The position numbers and the translations under genes are program-made. DNA of 64,000 nucleotides from the human T2T-CHM13v2.0 reference genome, Homo sapiens, in the NCBI RefSeq assembly GCF_009914755.1, contig NC_060928.1. One strand, 5' to 3'. The notes below the pieces were generated by a model, which made no database searches, was not told the origin of the DNA, and saw only the letters and a program-made list of their open reading frames with translations. Positions 43,698 through 56,734 of this stretch are shown here, in pieces. Positions within the stretch are counted from its first letter, which is position 1; every line of letters begins with the position of its first letter.

Positions 43698-44203
43698 AGT
43701 TTAGAAACTGAAAGTAAGGTGTTTACAAACTTTTACAAAAATTTAATAAAATCCTTTTATGTCTGTTGAAGCTAATAACAAAAACAGAAAACTATTCTGT
43801 ATGTTTTTGCTTTTAAATTTTATTTCTAGAATTTGTTTGTATTGTGTTTACCAAAAAATGGTTTGTAATAAATTTATTTTTTTTAAATTCTGAGAAAAAC
43901 TGAGTTTTTAAAAAGTTTTAAATGTGAATTCTAATGAGAAATTAAAGGAGATTTTGCCTTTTATTAGTAGAACTCTGTAAAATCTGTGAATACTAAAATC
44001 CTTCATTAACTGGTGCCAACATTTTTCCAAAGGAGTTTCTAATTCTTAAATATTGTTCAGTGGATTGAGATAATCAATCGTAATCAACAGTAAAAAGAAA
44101 ATAAAGTACTGATTTATTTCAGTTCTCTAATTCAAAATAGGATTAATATATGCAAATTTTGTTCAATAAGAGTTTTATCTCTTATTTCTATTTATATTTA
44201 TAG

Positions 44204-44272
44204 GAATGATGCAAACTTGTAGACATTTTAATATATATGAGATAGTCCATGAAGACTTTCAGAAATAAGCAG
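44204..44272 (+). other. Candidate non-coding exon (69 nt)
   Basis: Acceptor tctcttatttctatttatatttatag|G and donor CAG|gtatga; stops in all three frames. Confidence 0.3.
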
Positions 44273-44865
44273 GTATGACTTTAAAAAATTGAAGGTTATG
44301 TGAGTTGATGAGAGACAGGTAGAAGAATATAGCTTCTTCAACTATTAGTATATTATATACATATTAGTAATTCTCTTTTATTTAAATGACCTTACAATCA
44401 TATAAAAAAGCTCATGTTAAAAGAGCACTATTGTATTTTTATTTGTCTGTGCAGTGTTTACAAAGGAGTCTGTCCTGTTCAATGTGTTTAAGAGTGAATA
44501 ATTTTGTTTAAGGTGAAATGTTGCTATCCAGCTGTTACAGCTTTTTACAAAGCCTTTGTAGGAGCATGTGCATTCTGAAGATTGTAAAGATTTATCGAAT
44601 AGACTCAAATATTTTTCAGAATATATTTGTCTCTTGTAATTTCTATTTTTTTATGGTGTCCAGCCTGGGAGTTTAAAAAATGGAAAGATAGGATAATAGT
44701 TTTAAAAGCAGTAAATATTCTTCCAGCTGTCTCTAATCAATTCACATACCTTCAATTCTTTAAAGTCACACTTTCTTATTTCTAAAAAGCTTCAGGGACT
44801 ATCTTATATATTCTTAGAAATACATATTGAATTTTTCATTTTCACTTCATTCATTCTTTCTCCAG

Positions 44866-45220
44866 TTTCTGTGCTGGCACTTTTAGATGATGCGCTGGCA
44901 CTTTTAGATGATGTTATATGCTGGGGCTTCAGGAACCCTGGGAATTCAGAAATGCCTGTGAAGGTGTATTTTTGTTTCACTGTTGTTGCCACTACTATAA
45001 CTGATAACAGTAGCAAATCCTGTGGATACTACCTGAAGTCATTTTGTGGCAAAGCTGAACCCCCTGAAACTTCTCTAATCAGTAAGAACTAGCACACTGT
45101 GCCAAGGACAGCAGGATGTTTTGCAGAGAGAAATACCCACTGCACTGAGCTAAGAAGGGAGAAATCCTTTCTCTGTGCCACACTGTTGCAGTGGAACCCA
45201 AATTGTGTTTTCTGTTCCTG
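44866..45220 (+). other. Candidate exon or alternative first-exon region
   Basis: Long pyrimidine tract ttcacttcattcattctttctccag| and donor CTG|gtaggt (or TAG|gtaatc at 45225) in a repeat-free, less AT-rich block. Confidence 0.3.
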
Positions 45221-46563
45221 GTAGGTAATCATGTGTATTAAAAAATCTTATTCTGTTTTTAATTTTACTCTGTATAGGGGTGTGTGTATGTGTGTGTTTG
45301 GTTTTGTTTTTGTCTGCTTGTTTATTTTTAATTCACAAGCTTTCATTTTCCTGGGAACACAGCCTAAACTCACTGAGGATTGGGCTAGATGAAGAGGGAT
45401 GAACAATCTGAATAACAAACACAAGACAGCCTTTTGCTGGGGCAGTTTCAGTGCACTGTGCTTGTGCTTTGACTTTCCACTGGTTTACTTGTTAGTATCC
45501 TGTAAATTGACCATGGAAGGCTAAACACATTCTGCATCTTAGGGTGTTCACACATTAGGTACAAGATGAAATTGTTACACATGCAAGCATTTCTTGGAAT
45601 ATCATTTGCTAAAAGGAACATGCATGACACCTAAAACTTGCTTTTATGCTTTACACTGCAGACATATAAATTATAGATGATAATAAACTTTGCCATTGTT
45701 CCTTTTCTCTCCTGTTTCTCTGTAGTTGTCCTTTTTCTCCTATGTCCATTGTTTAGGTCTCCTATTATGGTTTCTCCTCACTGAAGAATAATAAAGTAAT
45801 CAGACGTATTTGGCCTTAATAAATTGAAGCGCTAAAGGAGCTGGAATTGAAAAATCATGTTTTAAATCATTCCTTGAAGTTAACTTTACTGTTTTTCTAA
45901 GTGTCAGTGAATTTTCAACATTTCATGAAACTCTATTCTCTTGTTGTCTAGTAATATTCATGGTCTTATGATTCCATCATTATACCAAACTACTTTGAAA
46001 TATGTGACTAGAAACACATTTTAAATCATGAGATGTTCCAAATCCATGAGGACTTTTTTCTTGGAGGTAAGAAAATAAAATCTTTGGTTTTCTATACACG
46101 GGATAGCAAGTTGAACTGATCTGATTATTCTTCAATTAAACTTCATTAGGTACCATTTTAGCACTTATTGTGTAAGTACTTTTGAGTTAATAGCTTAGTG
46201 TAAAGTGTAAAAGGCTATTAAGCAGATTTAAACAGTTTTGTTTAAAGGAAGAAGCCATGTTTTTGCATCCCATTAGCTGAAAGGTATTAATAAAAGGTAT
46301 GGCTTATTAGGCAGTGAAGATAAAAACTGGATGCATTTACGTAAATGGGAAAGCTCCAGGCTTGGCATGAAGCCTGTAGACAAATTACAGTTTTAAATTC
46401 AATGTAAAATTTTCTATTATTTTAAAAATAATTTTTAAAACAAAAATTTTTAAACAGAATTATGAATAAGAGCAGATTATTTTCTCTTCATGTTATTGCT
46501 AGAAGGGTAGTGTTTAAACAAGTGTTATTAGTAACTACCCATGTAGAACTGGGCAAGATCAAA

Positions 46564-46744
46564 GAGGGCTGCCAGGTAAAATGGAGGATGCTCCAAGTTA
46601 AGTTTTAATTTCAGATAAACAAATAATATTTTAATATAACTATGTCCCATAGAAGATAGTTATACTGAAAATATCCATTGGTTGTCTACAATTCTAATTT
46701 AGTCACCACATCTTCCATTTTTATTTACTAGACACATAATCCTA
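46564..46744. mobile_element. MER53 palindromic hAT MITE
   Basis: agggctgccaggtaaaat...aatttcagataaacaa...tatgtccca...ttatactgaaa...tttttatttacta. Confidence 0.7.
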
Positions 46745-49084
46745 AAATTAGGAATAAGGGAGATAATCACATAAGTAATGACTAATGAACCTTGTTAGTT
46801 AACTTAGTTAATTGGGTTTTTTTTTTACTTTTTTCATTAAGAAAATTGCAATTATTTTCAAGATATCATAACAGGTCGTGCATATGCAGAATAAAATGCA
46901 TGTTAAATGTCTTTGTGCTCTAGTTTTTCCATCAATAAAGACAGTATATATGTTTCAAAAGACTACTTTTATATCTATACTGATGAAGTGAAATGTCTTT
47001 TTGGGGCACAGTAAATATAATTTGGGCTACCTGTCATTCTCACAGCCCTATTTTTACCCTGAAGGTGAGATAAGCTTCGGTAGCAATGTTGTGGCATTTA
47101 TAACTCTCCTTCCCACTCCAAACACAGCATTCTCATTTAGCCACAGCTGGTGGATCAGGGTTTACTTCTAATTTTAGTGAGGCATATTGCCTTTGGAGTT
47201 TGCTATTGTATTAGAAGGAACCAGGCCCTGTTTTCTTTAGTGATTGGACCTGTGTTTAGTCCTGGAAAGAGTCAATATACATGTCAAACCACATACAAAC
47301 CAAATTGTGCAGAGGGAGAAACAACTATATTGTCAGAAATAGCTTGAATACATTCTGTCCGTTATAACTCTGTTGCAATGTCATTCTGCTGAATATATTC
47401 TAATCATTGTAATTGCATCCATTATAGTTAGGACATGGAAAAGAAAAAAGAAGAGGGGGTAAGAGAAACTACAATATGTATAAATTCAGCAGCAACACAC
47501 TAATGATGTATTAGAGTAAACTTTATAATTGAACATACTTGTATTTGTCATAGCTAAAACCTTCAACTTCTGTACTTGTATATCCAAAATTTATATGTAG
47601 TATGTTTTATGTACATATAAAAATATAGATACGTATTTATGTTAAGATATACAATGTATATCTACAATAATCTTGTATTTAAAAAATTAACATTTCATAT
47701 ACTTATCAGAATGAAGTGCTCTTCTCATCCATTATTTAGAAATAAAATATACTGCCCTTATATATTGGCATTCTAAGTTGGCTAGAGTTTGGAGCTGATG
47801 AGATCAAATCATATGTTCATGTGTTTATTAACCTTTGAAATGATCAAGTTTAAGGGGGGAATATTGCTGAATTAGCATGTTTTACTACTGGTGCAAAATA
47901 ACTCAAAGGACACATCTTACTGCCGTTAGACCAGTTACTATTTGCTAACAAAAGAGAGAGTAATTTTATTATCTGTGGACATTGATATGTAATACTTACC
48001 AAGCATGCCAATAAATAATGTTTTGAATGAAATAGAGCATGACATAATGAATATTAGCAATACAATTTTTATTGAGTCAAATAATGCTCCACTAATGAAC
48101 AAAAGTAATCTACTTGTTTCTTTAGTGCTTGTTAACAGTTCCTTGATTATTCATGTGTCCAGAAAAAAAAAATTAATGCTCGAAGCCCTAAACCTGGTGA
48201 ATATAATAAGCATGACTCCCCATGGATCTGAAAAAATTAAATTGTTGGTTTGAGACAGATGCAGTCATAACCAGAGGGAATGCTTTTGCATCCACATTAC
48301 AATGTAGCAGAAACATAATTTAGAAGCTTTAATACATATTAATACTTTGTTCAAGACAATTATAAGCTTCAGCAATAAAAAGTAAAGATACAGGAGAAGA
48401 ATGAAGTTACTTTGAACTAAAATCTCCTCTAAAGACAGTCGTAGTCGTACAGTAATTCCACCATTAATTTTAGTATATGAACTAAAGCTAGAATAAAATT
48501 ATATGTAAATGCATTGAATAAATTCAAAACAAGCTCAGGAAAAAGAGTATAGAGTGATCCTCTTCATAGAAATCAAATGAAATGACTGTGAATCTGCTAG
48601 TCATAGTTATCTGAGTTTTTTTCTCATTAAATAGATTCATATTTCTGCTCTCAAAAGTAATTATTTCCTTGGAATCTGTTTGATACATAATAGTAATTCT
48701 AATGCAGTACTTATCGTTCGGTTTTTTTTTTTACATAAAAATACATGAACGTGTAAAAGATACTTTGTTGATGAAATTATATACTGGAGGCAAAACTATG
48801 CTACAAGAGAATCATTTCAAAACAAGTAAGCACATGTTAAATGCTAGATACTAGAAATAATCTACCCAAATACTTTTTGAAAAGCAGGGGGAATGAGATC
48901 TCCATTCAGTGAATTTACTACATGCTTTCTCTATGCTGGTAGTGTGTTCTAAGGGCCTTATAACAACCATGAAAGTTATCCTCATTTTAAAAACGGGTGT
49001 GTCCATGACCTGCCTAAGTCTTGTCATGATTTGGGATTACATGACCTGTTTTTCAAAGTCATAGAAGAACTAATAATTATAAAG

Positions 49085-49290
49085 GTCAGAGTTAGAACAT
49101 CCCAGCCTGCTCCTTAATAGTTGTACATTCTTAAGTAGGTTACCTAATTTATATTTGCCTCAGTTTTTCATTCTGTAAAGTAAAAATAATAATTATGTCT
49201 ACATCAATGAGCTGTTCTGGTGATTAAATCAATTAATATATATATAAAGCATTTAGAACAGTACTGTAAGTTCTATTTAAATGGATAAGT
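49085..49290 (+). mobile_element. MIR
   Basis: gttacctaatttatatttgcctcagtttttcattctgtaaagtaaaaataata...aaagcatttagaacagt. Confidence 0.75.
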
Positions 49291-49761
49291 CTCTAGATCC
49301 ATGTTTGTTTTACCACACTGCAAAAGCATGGGCATTAAATTCACACTGCTAACAATGTACAAAATGTACCACTAAAATATTGTAGCTTTGTATTGATTGA
49401 TTCATTGCCTTCTGCAATATTTACTGTATTTTTGAACTTGATATTTCTTATCTATTAATATCATTAATTAAAAATAATAAAAACAAGTCATAAAGGGTAT
49501 AATAATTGTTATTATGGTACAATCATTATTACTGCTACCTGTTTTTTCACATAAAATGTAAGCCATTAATTGTTGTAAGCAACCCACCAGAGAACACATA
49601 GAAAATTGCAGAATTGGGAATTACAGTTTATGAAATATTTTTTTAAAAAGCCAGAAAACCACATTATCAATATAATAGGGAAAACCAAAGATGAAAAATG
49701 TAAATTGGTTGAAGAAGTTAATCGAGATGCCAACATTGTCCAAATGAACACTGGCGATGAT

Positions 49762-49922
49762 GGAAATATTCCATATTTACTGTATTCAATATAAAAACTA
49801 CAAGCACACATAGCTATTGAGCACTTGAAATGTGAATATTGTGACTAAGGGATTGCATTTTGTGTCTTATTCTGTTTTAATTTAAATCTAACTAACTACC
49901 TGTGGCTATTGGACAGCACAGC
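49762..49922. mobile_element. MER3-like hAT MITE
   Basis: acatagctattgagcacttgaaatgtg...gtgactaagg...tgtggctattggacagcacag. Confidence 0.7.
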
Positions 49923-52175
49923 TCTGGGCAGACAGTAAAAGAGAGCTGATGCCGGTCTGGAGGATGAGAGAGCTGTGGAGGCAGGACTCATGAGAGAGGG
50001 TCTTTGGTCATTCATTTCTGTGGAAAATAAGTGACCTTTTCAATCTATGATGAAAAAGGGAACAGGAGTTTGGTAAACTAAAACTAAGAAGAATTTGCAG
50101 AGGTTTCAAACAAATTGGTTTTGGGCCATATTGGGTCCATTGTACAATGCAAAAATGTATATAGAAACCTCAATTTCTAGTTTCTCTGATTAAAAAAAAA
50201 AGAACCAAATGGAGCAAATTAATTCATCTCTTTTTTTTCATCTGTAAATCCAAATGCTGTATGAAATCTGTATAAATTAAATTTAAATTAATATTCCATT
50301 CTGAAAGTCTACTTTAGGGTTTATGATCACACATTACTCTGTTAGACCTCTTTTGGTATCTGGTTAGTCACAGTTTTTACAGCAGTGGTCTAATACCTTC
50401 ATGGTCACACCTTCTGTCTTCAGAAAGTTCATTTAGTTTCAGACTGTTAGCCAGACATCTTACAAATATTTCCCATTGCTTACAGGGAAAATGAGAAGCA
50501 AAAGCATATTTCTATGTGAAAGTGTTTTTGTTTTGGGAAAAGTGAAGTTGCGGATATTTTTCACTGTGGCTCATTATATGATGTTCATGTTTAGGCAGTA
50601 TACAAAATAAGTTGGACTATTACAGATGTCACTGCCTGGATGAGCTTGATTTTGATATAAAACCTGTAATTAATTTTTCACATAATTGTTCATAGCCTTA
50701 AGCTTACAAATTTATTAGGTTATCTTGGGATAAAGTCTTCTTCTGATACAATGCCTGGAATACTCCCTTTGTCCTACATGGATGAGCGCTTTACTCCTAA
50801 ATAGTACTTTATGATCTGGGTCTACTGTAGCACAAGGAAACACATGTTTGAAAATAAACATTTAGTTAATGAATGGATTTTATTTTCAAGGTGTTTATTC
50901 CCTCTGGTGACTGATATATAACAAGGACTTACAAATGCTTATTCAATAAAAGCTCCCTAAAACTTAGACATAATGTTTGCAATAAGCATAGTAAATAGCA
51001 AACCTTTCATATAAAAATCGTCTAAGTTTCACTTTGGTTTGACTATATTTTTCTGTGGGGCGCTTAAAAATGTAGATCCATTGAAGTCTTTTAGGCCACT
51101 TCTCTCTTATGGATAATTTCAGCACTATTTTTTTCTTCAGAATTACCTGGTTTTCTGAGAATTAAATTTTCTTTTGCAGTTACATAAATTCTGTAAGGAT
51201 TTACAATACCACAGATTGTTTATAGCAGTATTTTGTAAATGACTACATTATAACATAGAGATATTTTGGTAGTATATAATATCAAATAAATGAATCATTA
51301 AAACATATGTCTGCTGTAAAAATTTATCTTTCACCACAAATTCATTCATGTGTCATATAGACATTTTTTCCTAATATTTCCTAATGTTTTTTAATCTTGA
51401 TTAATGTTGCATTCTAAGTAACAGTGATTACTTCTGAGTCATAAATATTTTAAAAGCTATTTTGTCACTTCAACCAGCTCTGACTTCATACTCCCACCTT
51501 AATGCACTATATTCTAGAACAGTATTTGTTAAAGAACAATTGTCTAGAAAGGAAAAAAAAAATGTGATTTTTTGCATAACTCTGCATATTGTTTTAATAA
51601 TATACTTCCATTAGTTCTCTTGCCTTTATATTACTTACATGTTATACATTTCTTCAAATAATTTTACTGTGGGGGCGAATATGTTAACATGCATTTTTTG
51701 GTATCAACAGCATTTTTGATGAATCAGATAATCCTAGAATAATGTCTAACCCATCTACATTTTATCATGCTAGAATAAATAATTCAAGGAAAATTGAAGC
51801 ATCATTTGTACTCTCAATAGCATTCTAGTAGTCTAGGAAAACTAAGTGAAAACTACAAAAAAGGAGAAAAAGGAAACGATGTACATCACAGTGTTACAAT
51901 GCAGCACTAGCAACGTGTACGATTGCAGAAAAAGGACAGATTTATCCTGACTTTGAAAAGCAAGAAATAATTTAAGGGCAAGTGGCATTCTTGTCAGACT
52001 TCAATTAACAAATAGGATTTTGATAGATAGGAAGGAACACTGACCAAGAAGTTAAGTAGAGTCAACTGCTGAATGTTTAAAGTAATAACTGGATTTGATT
52101 GCAGGAAATAGGGAGATACTGAAGATTTTTACTTTATGGGGAATAGGGATTATATTTCTTAATTGTTATTAAGAG

Positions 52176-52365
52176 TTGTAGTTTCTAAGACTTTAATATG
52201 CAGCAGAATTGCCTGGAAGGCATTTTAAAATATAGATTACTTGGGCCCAACCCCAGAGTTTCTGATTCAGTAAGTCTTGAATGGGGCCTGAGAATTTGCT
52301 TTTCTAACTGGTTTCCAGATGATGCCAGTGTAGGTAGCTTGGGACCACACTTGGTGAACTACTGA
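52176..52365. mobile_element. MER5A
   Basis: gggcccaaccccagagtttctgattcagtaagtct...ggggcctgagaatttgcttttctaac...gggaccacactt. Confidence 0.85.
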
Positions 52366-52584
52366 TCTAGAGCAAGACTTCTTTGGTAGTTCCTTCCACC
52401 TCCCTGGGAATGGTGTCAAATAATATTTAGCTTTCATTTTTTAGCAGTTAACTTGTATTTTGAAACACTCTGTGAGAGACGAACATAGGAGAAAATACAT
52501 ACAAATAAACAAAAAAAAAACTTTAATTAAGTAAATGAGACAAATTAAGGTAATACTGGAAACTGTAAGTAATACTATTCTACC

Positions 52585-52985
52585 TGTATCAGTCAGGGTC
52601 CTGGCACGAAATAGAATACACACAGATGGTTTAAATAAAGATATTCTCATGAAGACATTGTTACAGAAATATGGACAGAGTTGGGGCAGCTGGAAGCCAG
52701 TGACACCCAGCGGGCACAGTGTAATCAGAGCCCATGTGGAGCTGGAGTCATGGAGAGGCTGACCAGTGAAAAGGAGCTGGAATTTTCTTAGAGGGATGCA
52801 GTGACTTTCAGAGAAGTATTGCAGCAGGGAAAAAGGGTAGAAGGAAATATCCCACTTCTCTCTTCCTTTGCACTCCAGTCTCCTGCTGTTGCCTCCTTCT
52901 GTCTGAAACCAGCCTGAAGTCAGTGTATATGTGGGTGAGACAGCCAGCAGTGTGGTCAGTGTCTGGGGGCACAGATAACTTCTTG
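52585..52985 (-). mobile_element. Ancient ERV LTR (LTR78/79-like, subfamily uncertain)
   Basis: Terminus tgtatcagtcagggtcctggca...aatgaaga-like tract, GC-richer body. Confidence 0.45.
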
Positions 52986-54179
52986 GAAAGATGAAGATTG
53001 TAAAGGATGGACCTCATTCTACTTTTTATCTTGTTCATTTTAAGCCCTGCTCCCAGTTTTCTACTCAAGCTATCATGACCTGTCATTTCTACTGTGTGCC
53101 ACAGGATAGCAACAGGCTAAGCATCTAGCAGCACGGAGATGAGATGAGCAATCTGTTCTAATAGCTTACTTACTACGGACTCAGAAGTGTCTTTAAAGCT
53201 TCTTCATCAGTAGGTCAAAGAACTTCAAATATTTCTGCTACAGCAGCACCGTAAGGAGAAGTACTTGTAACTCAAAAGTGCTATTAAAAGCCTGATGTTT
53301 GCTCTAAATATAAGGAATATAATGATTGACCAATTCAAGCTGCACAGAGACAATTTGCTTTTTTTGAGTTGCCTCTAAGTCCCTGGTGATGTTATTGTAT
53401 AAATACCAACAAGGCAATAAGAGCTCAATTGTCCCACCATCAAAGAGGAAGCACCCTTTGGAATTGGTTTTAAATAACTGTAGGTAGTTCAGTGCTATAA
53501 ATACCAGCACTATTTTATAAATCTCAGTCACAAACATGAGATTGCCTTTACTGTCTCAATCATTTTAGGATCTCTTCCTGTAGTCTCTGCAGAATTTCTG
53601 AAGCAAGAGCAGAGGCTGTATTCATTGCCTGGCAATAGCAGTGAATGATGTCTTACATTCAAGATGATAGGAGGATCCTAAATGTCTTCCTAGCCTTAAG
53701 TCCTATGACTTTTCAGTATGCACCGTCAGTTCAGGCTAACTAAGTAAATCACTTTTTACCCAAAATGCCACTTGTTTACTTCACGCTGCACTTTTGTTCA
53801 TGTAATTTGTTTCATTGAGACTACCTTTTTAAATTGTTTGTTAAAATATGTAAAGCTTCATCTCAAATACTAATCTTTCCACAAATCCTAGCTTGATTCT
53901 TCCAATGAGAAGCTTGAATATCCAGAGCACAAGTTGTTACTTTTAAACCACTTTACACATCCTTAATTATATTTAAAAATAACTAAAAATTTCATACCCC
54001 CCCCATTTGAAGCACTTTTTACTATTTATTGGAGCGAATTATGGAGAAATATTTGTATGAGCCTTGGCCATGGAATATCAGAATAGCTGTGTGTGTCTAT
54101 AAGTTACTTAATTTAGAATCATTTATATCACTTTAGTTTCATCTGTAAAATGATTAGTATCTAACTTACATCAAGATGT

Positions 54180-54357
54180 TGATGTTCAAATGTATAAAGG
54201 ATGAGGAAAACAAGTTGAAAAGCAGGCTAAAAATGTTAGTTACAATTCCTTATTATTTTTTGTGTCTTTTACATGGTAGGAAATCAAAAAGTTTGTATTA
54301 TATTGAACTAAATTGGAAGTCCACAGAAATCTATACTGGGATTAAAAATCCTTAATT
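54180..54357 (+). repeat. Local duplication, copy A
   Basis: Aligns by eye with 60364-60541. Confidence 0.9.
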
Positions 54358-55182
54358 CTTTTAATTGCATGAAAAAGAGAGGGGAGAAATAGCTTGACAT
54401 TTTCTTCATGATGACAAAGCCTGGGCAAAACACATGTATGTGCATGCATTTATGTATGTGAGGCTTGTTTCAAAAAGGGTTTTTTAAATGTTTTCTATAA
54501 GTGTATAAGAAATATCAAGGTATACTAACATAAGACTGAAGTGATGGGACACAGTGGTCAAAGATAAAATAAGAAATAGAAGTGAGATAAAATAAGAATT
54601 TCAATTAATATACTTCAAATATGTCATAAGAATGTCATCATTTGCTAGAATTTGACCAAAAGATTAGTATTAAACATTCATGGAACTGAAATAAAGCTTT
54701 ATTTCAGATCTAGGATCCCCCAAAATATTATGGGAGTCACATACAAGAAAGAAAAGATGAATTGGTCATGAGAAACACAAATATTTCTGGAACTGAGTCC
54801 AGAGAAAAAAAATCATCCTTTGGTCTCTTTAAGAAAATGATGTATCTTAATGTGGTGAACAGTGACATTCTTAGAGTAAATGCACAGTGTAGTTGAATAT
54901 TTTCCTCCATAAAACTGAAGGGCACTGTGCCAAAGCACAGCTCTGAAAGCTTATGCCACTGGGGATTATTATCGCGGAAATCTCTGTGGTGTGGATTGTT
55001 GGGATGGAGGGGCTACAGGGTACTTCTCTTTTTATTTACAGATTTCATATTTTAAAAAATTTTTACAATATAAAACATGGCTTCTATCTTTTTTTAAAAA
55101 AAGCTAGCACCCCACATCAAATCAAAACAAAAAAGCAAAGTAGTAGGTAATTTTGGGTTTTCTAAACAGCCAACTCAATGTT

Positions 55183-55217
55183 TATACTTGATCTTAGCCA
55201 AAAGGCTGAGAAGCGAT
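55183..55217 (-). pseudogene. 3'-truncated U2 snRNA retrocopy (U2 nt 1-35)
   Basis: Minus strand ATCGCTTCTCAGCCTTTTGGCTAAGATCAAGTATA vs U2 ATCGCTTCTCGGCCTTTTGGCTAAGATCAAGTGTA (33/35); 15-bp TSD ccaactcaatgttta (55170-84, 55218-32). Confidence 0.95.
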
Positions 55218-56249
55218 CCAACTCAATGTTTAATTGTGGGTTTCATATTTTCAGGTATAGATCACTGATTCCCAAACTGCTGATTACAACTCACTCCTAA
55301 AACGCCACAAAATAAGGATTTAATAATAAAAACATTTCAGAAATGCAACCTTTGTATGTTTTCTTGGTAATTCTCATTGCAGAGACATCACCACTTGGCT
55401 GGCTATTCTAGTAGTTCTGGCACCTGTAAACTGTGGTGGTAAAAAGTCATTTGGGAGTTTAACTCACAGGAGTCGGATGTGGGCAGGATGCCCCTTCTAA
55501 GGGGTATCTGAAAATATGTTTGTGTGAAGCAGATGCTTCATTGTCAAAGATTCAATAATCACTGATATTTAGTGAGCTGAGGACAGAGATGCTAAAAGTG
55601 CTACAGTATATGAGACAATTTCAAGAAACAAAAGATCCAACTGCATAAGATACCAACCTTCCCTCATTGAAAAACATTGTTCATAACAAACTTACTTGGC
55701 ATGAAACAGTATTTTGTAACATTCTTATTTACATAGGAATGTAAGTAAGATTGTTTCAAAATTAATTTGATGATTAATTTTGTGATTATTTCAAAATTAA
55801 TATTTTTCTTTAAATCTATAAATTCTAATGTTCATCTTTCTTTTTGATATTCTGCTCAATATCTTAAAGATATATTAAAGTCAATGTGTCCAAAGTAGAA
55901 CTCCAGACTCCTACTCCCTGCCAAACTGCTACTTCCCCAAATCAGAATATTGTACATTTTGGTAAATGGAACTACCAGCCATTCATTTGTTCAAGACAGA
56001 AACCACGATCCTAAATTTGTGTCATTCCACCTTCAAAATATAGTAGTCTCATTTTATTTCCCGAACTGTGAAAGGTAAAAACCTAAAGTGAGGGTATAAT
56101 ATAAACATAAAACCAGAAATATTAAAAATAGATACATTTTTCCTTTAAAGGAACAGAAAAATGTCTTAGAATGGAAATAAAAAATAAGGAGTTAGATAAA
56201 TGGAGATCAAAATTTAAAGAAATGGAGGGTGAACTATAGTGGGAAAATA

Positions 56250-56553
56250 GGTCAGGTGCAATGGCTCATGCCTGTGATTCCAACACTTTGAGAGACCCAG
56301 GCAGGTGGGTCAGTTGAGGTCAGGAGTTCGAGACCAGTCTGGCCAACATGGTGAAACCCGTGTCTACTAAAAATACAAAAATTAGCCAGGGGTGGTGGTG
56401 GAGGCCTGTAATCTCGCTACTCAGGAGGCTCAGGTGGGAGAATCACTTGAACCCGGGAAGGGGAGTTTGCAGTGACTGGAGATCGTGTCACTGCACCCCA
56501 GCCTGGGCAACAGAGTGAGACTCTGTCTCAAAAATAAATAAATGAATAACTAA
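56250..56553 (+). mobile_element. AluS (Sz/Sx-like)
   Basis: Dimeric Alu; TSD atagtgggaaaata / atagttggaaaata. Confidence 0.92.
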
Positions 56554-56685
56554 ATAGTTGGAAAATAAACTGATGCCTGAACTGCTAGAATAGCCAGACA
56601 AGTGGTGGTGTCTCTGCATTGTCTTTTCATACTGCTCTTCCCTTCTGTCCCCCAACACACAATCTTTGTGTCTTTCTATCTCTGT

Positions 56686-56702
56686 CACACACACACACAC
56701 AC

Positions 56703-56733
<31 letters not shown>
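56686..56733. repeat. Interrupted (CA)n microsatellite
   Basis: CA run interrupted by catacata. Confidence 0.95.

Positions 56734-56734
<1 letters not shown>

Noticed and set aside
47992-48003. atacttacc as a U1 snRNA fragment
   Set aside because: Match stops after 9 nt; no TSD; better read as a minus-strand donor site
53124-53145. tagcagcacg (miR-16 5' end) or RE1/REST-like motif
   Set aside because: Only a 10-nt match with no hairpin; several mismatches in the RE1 core
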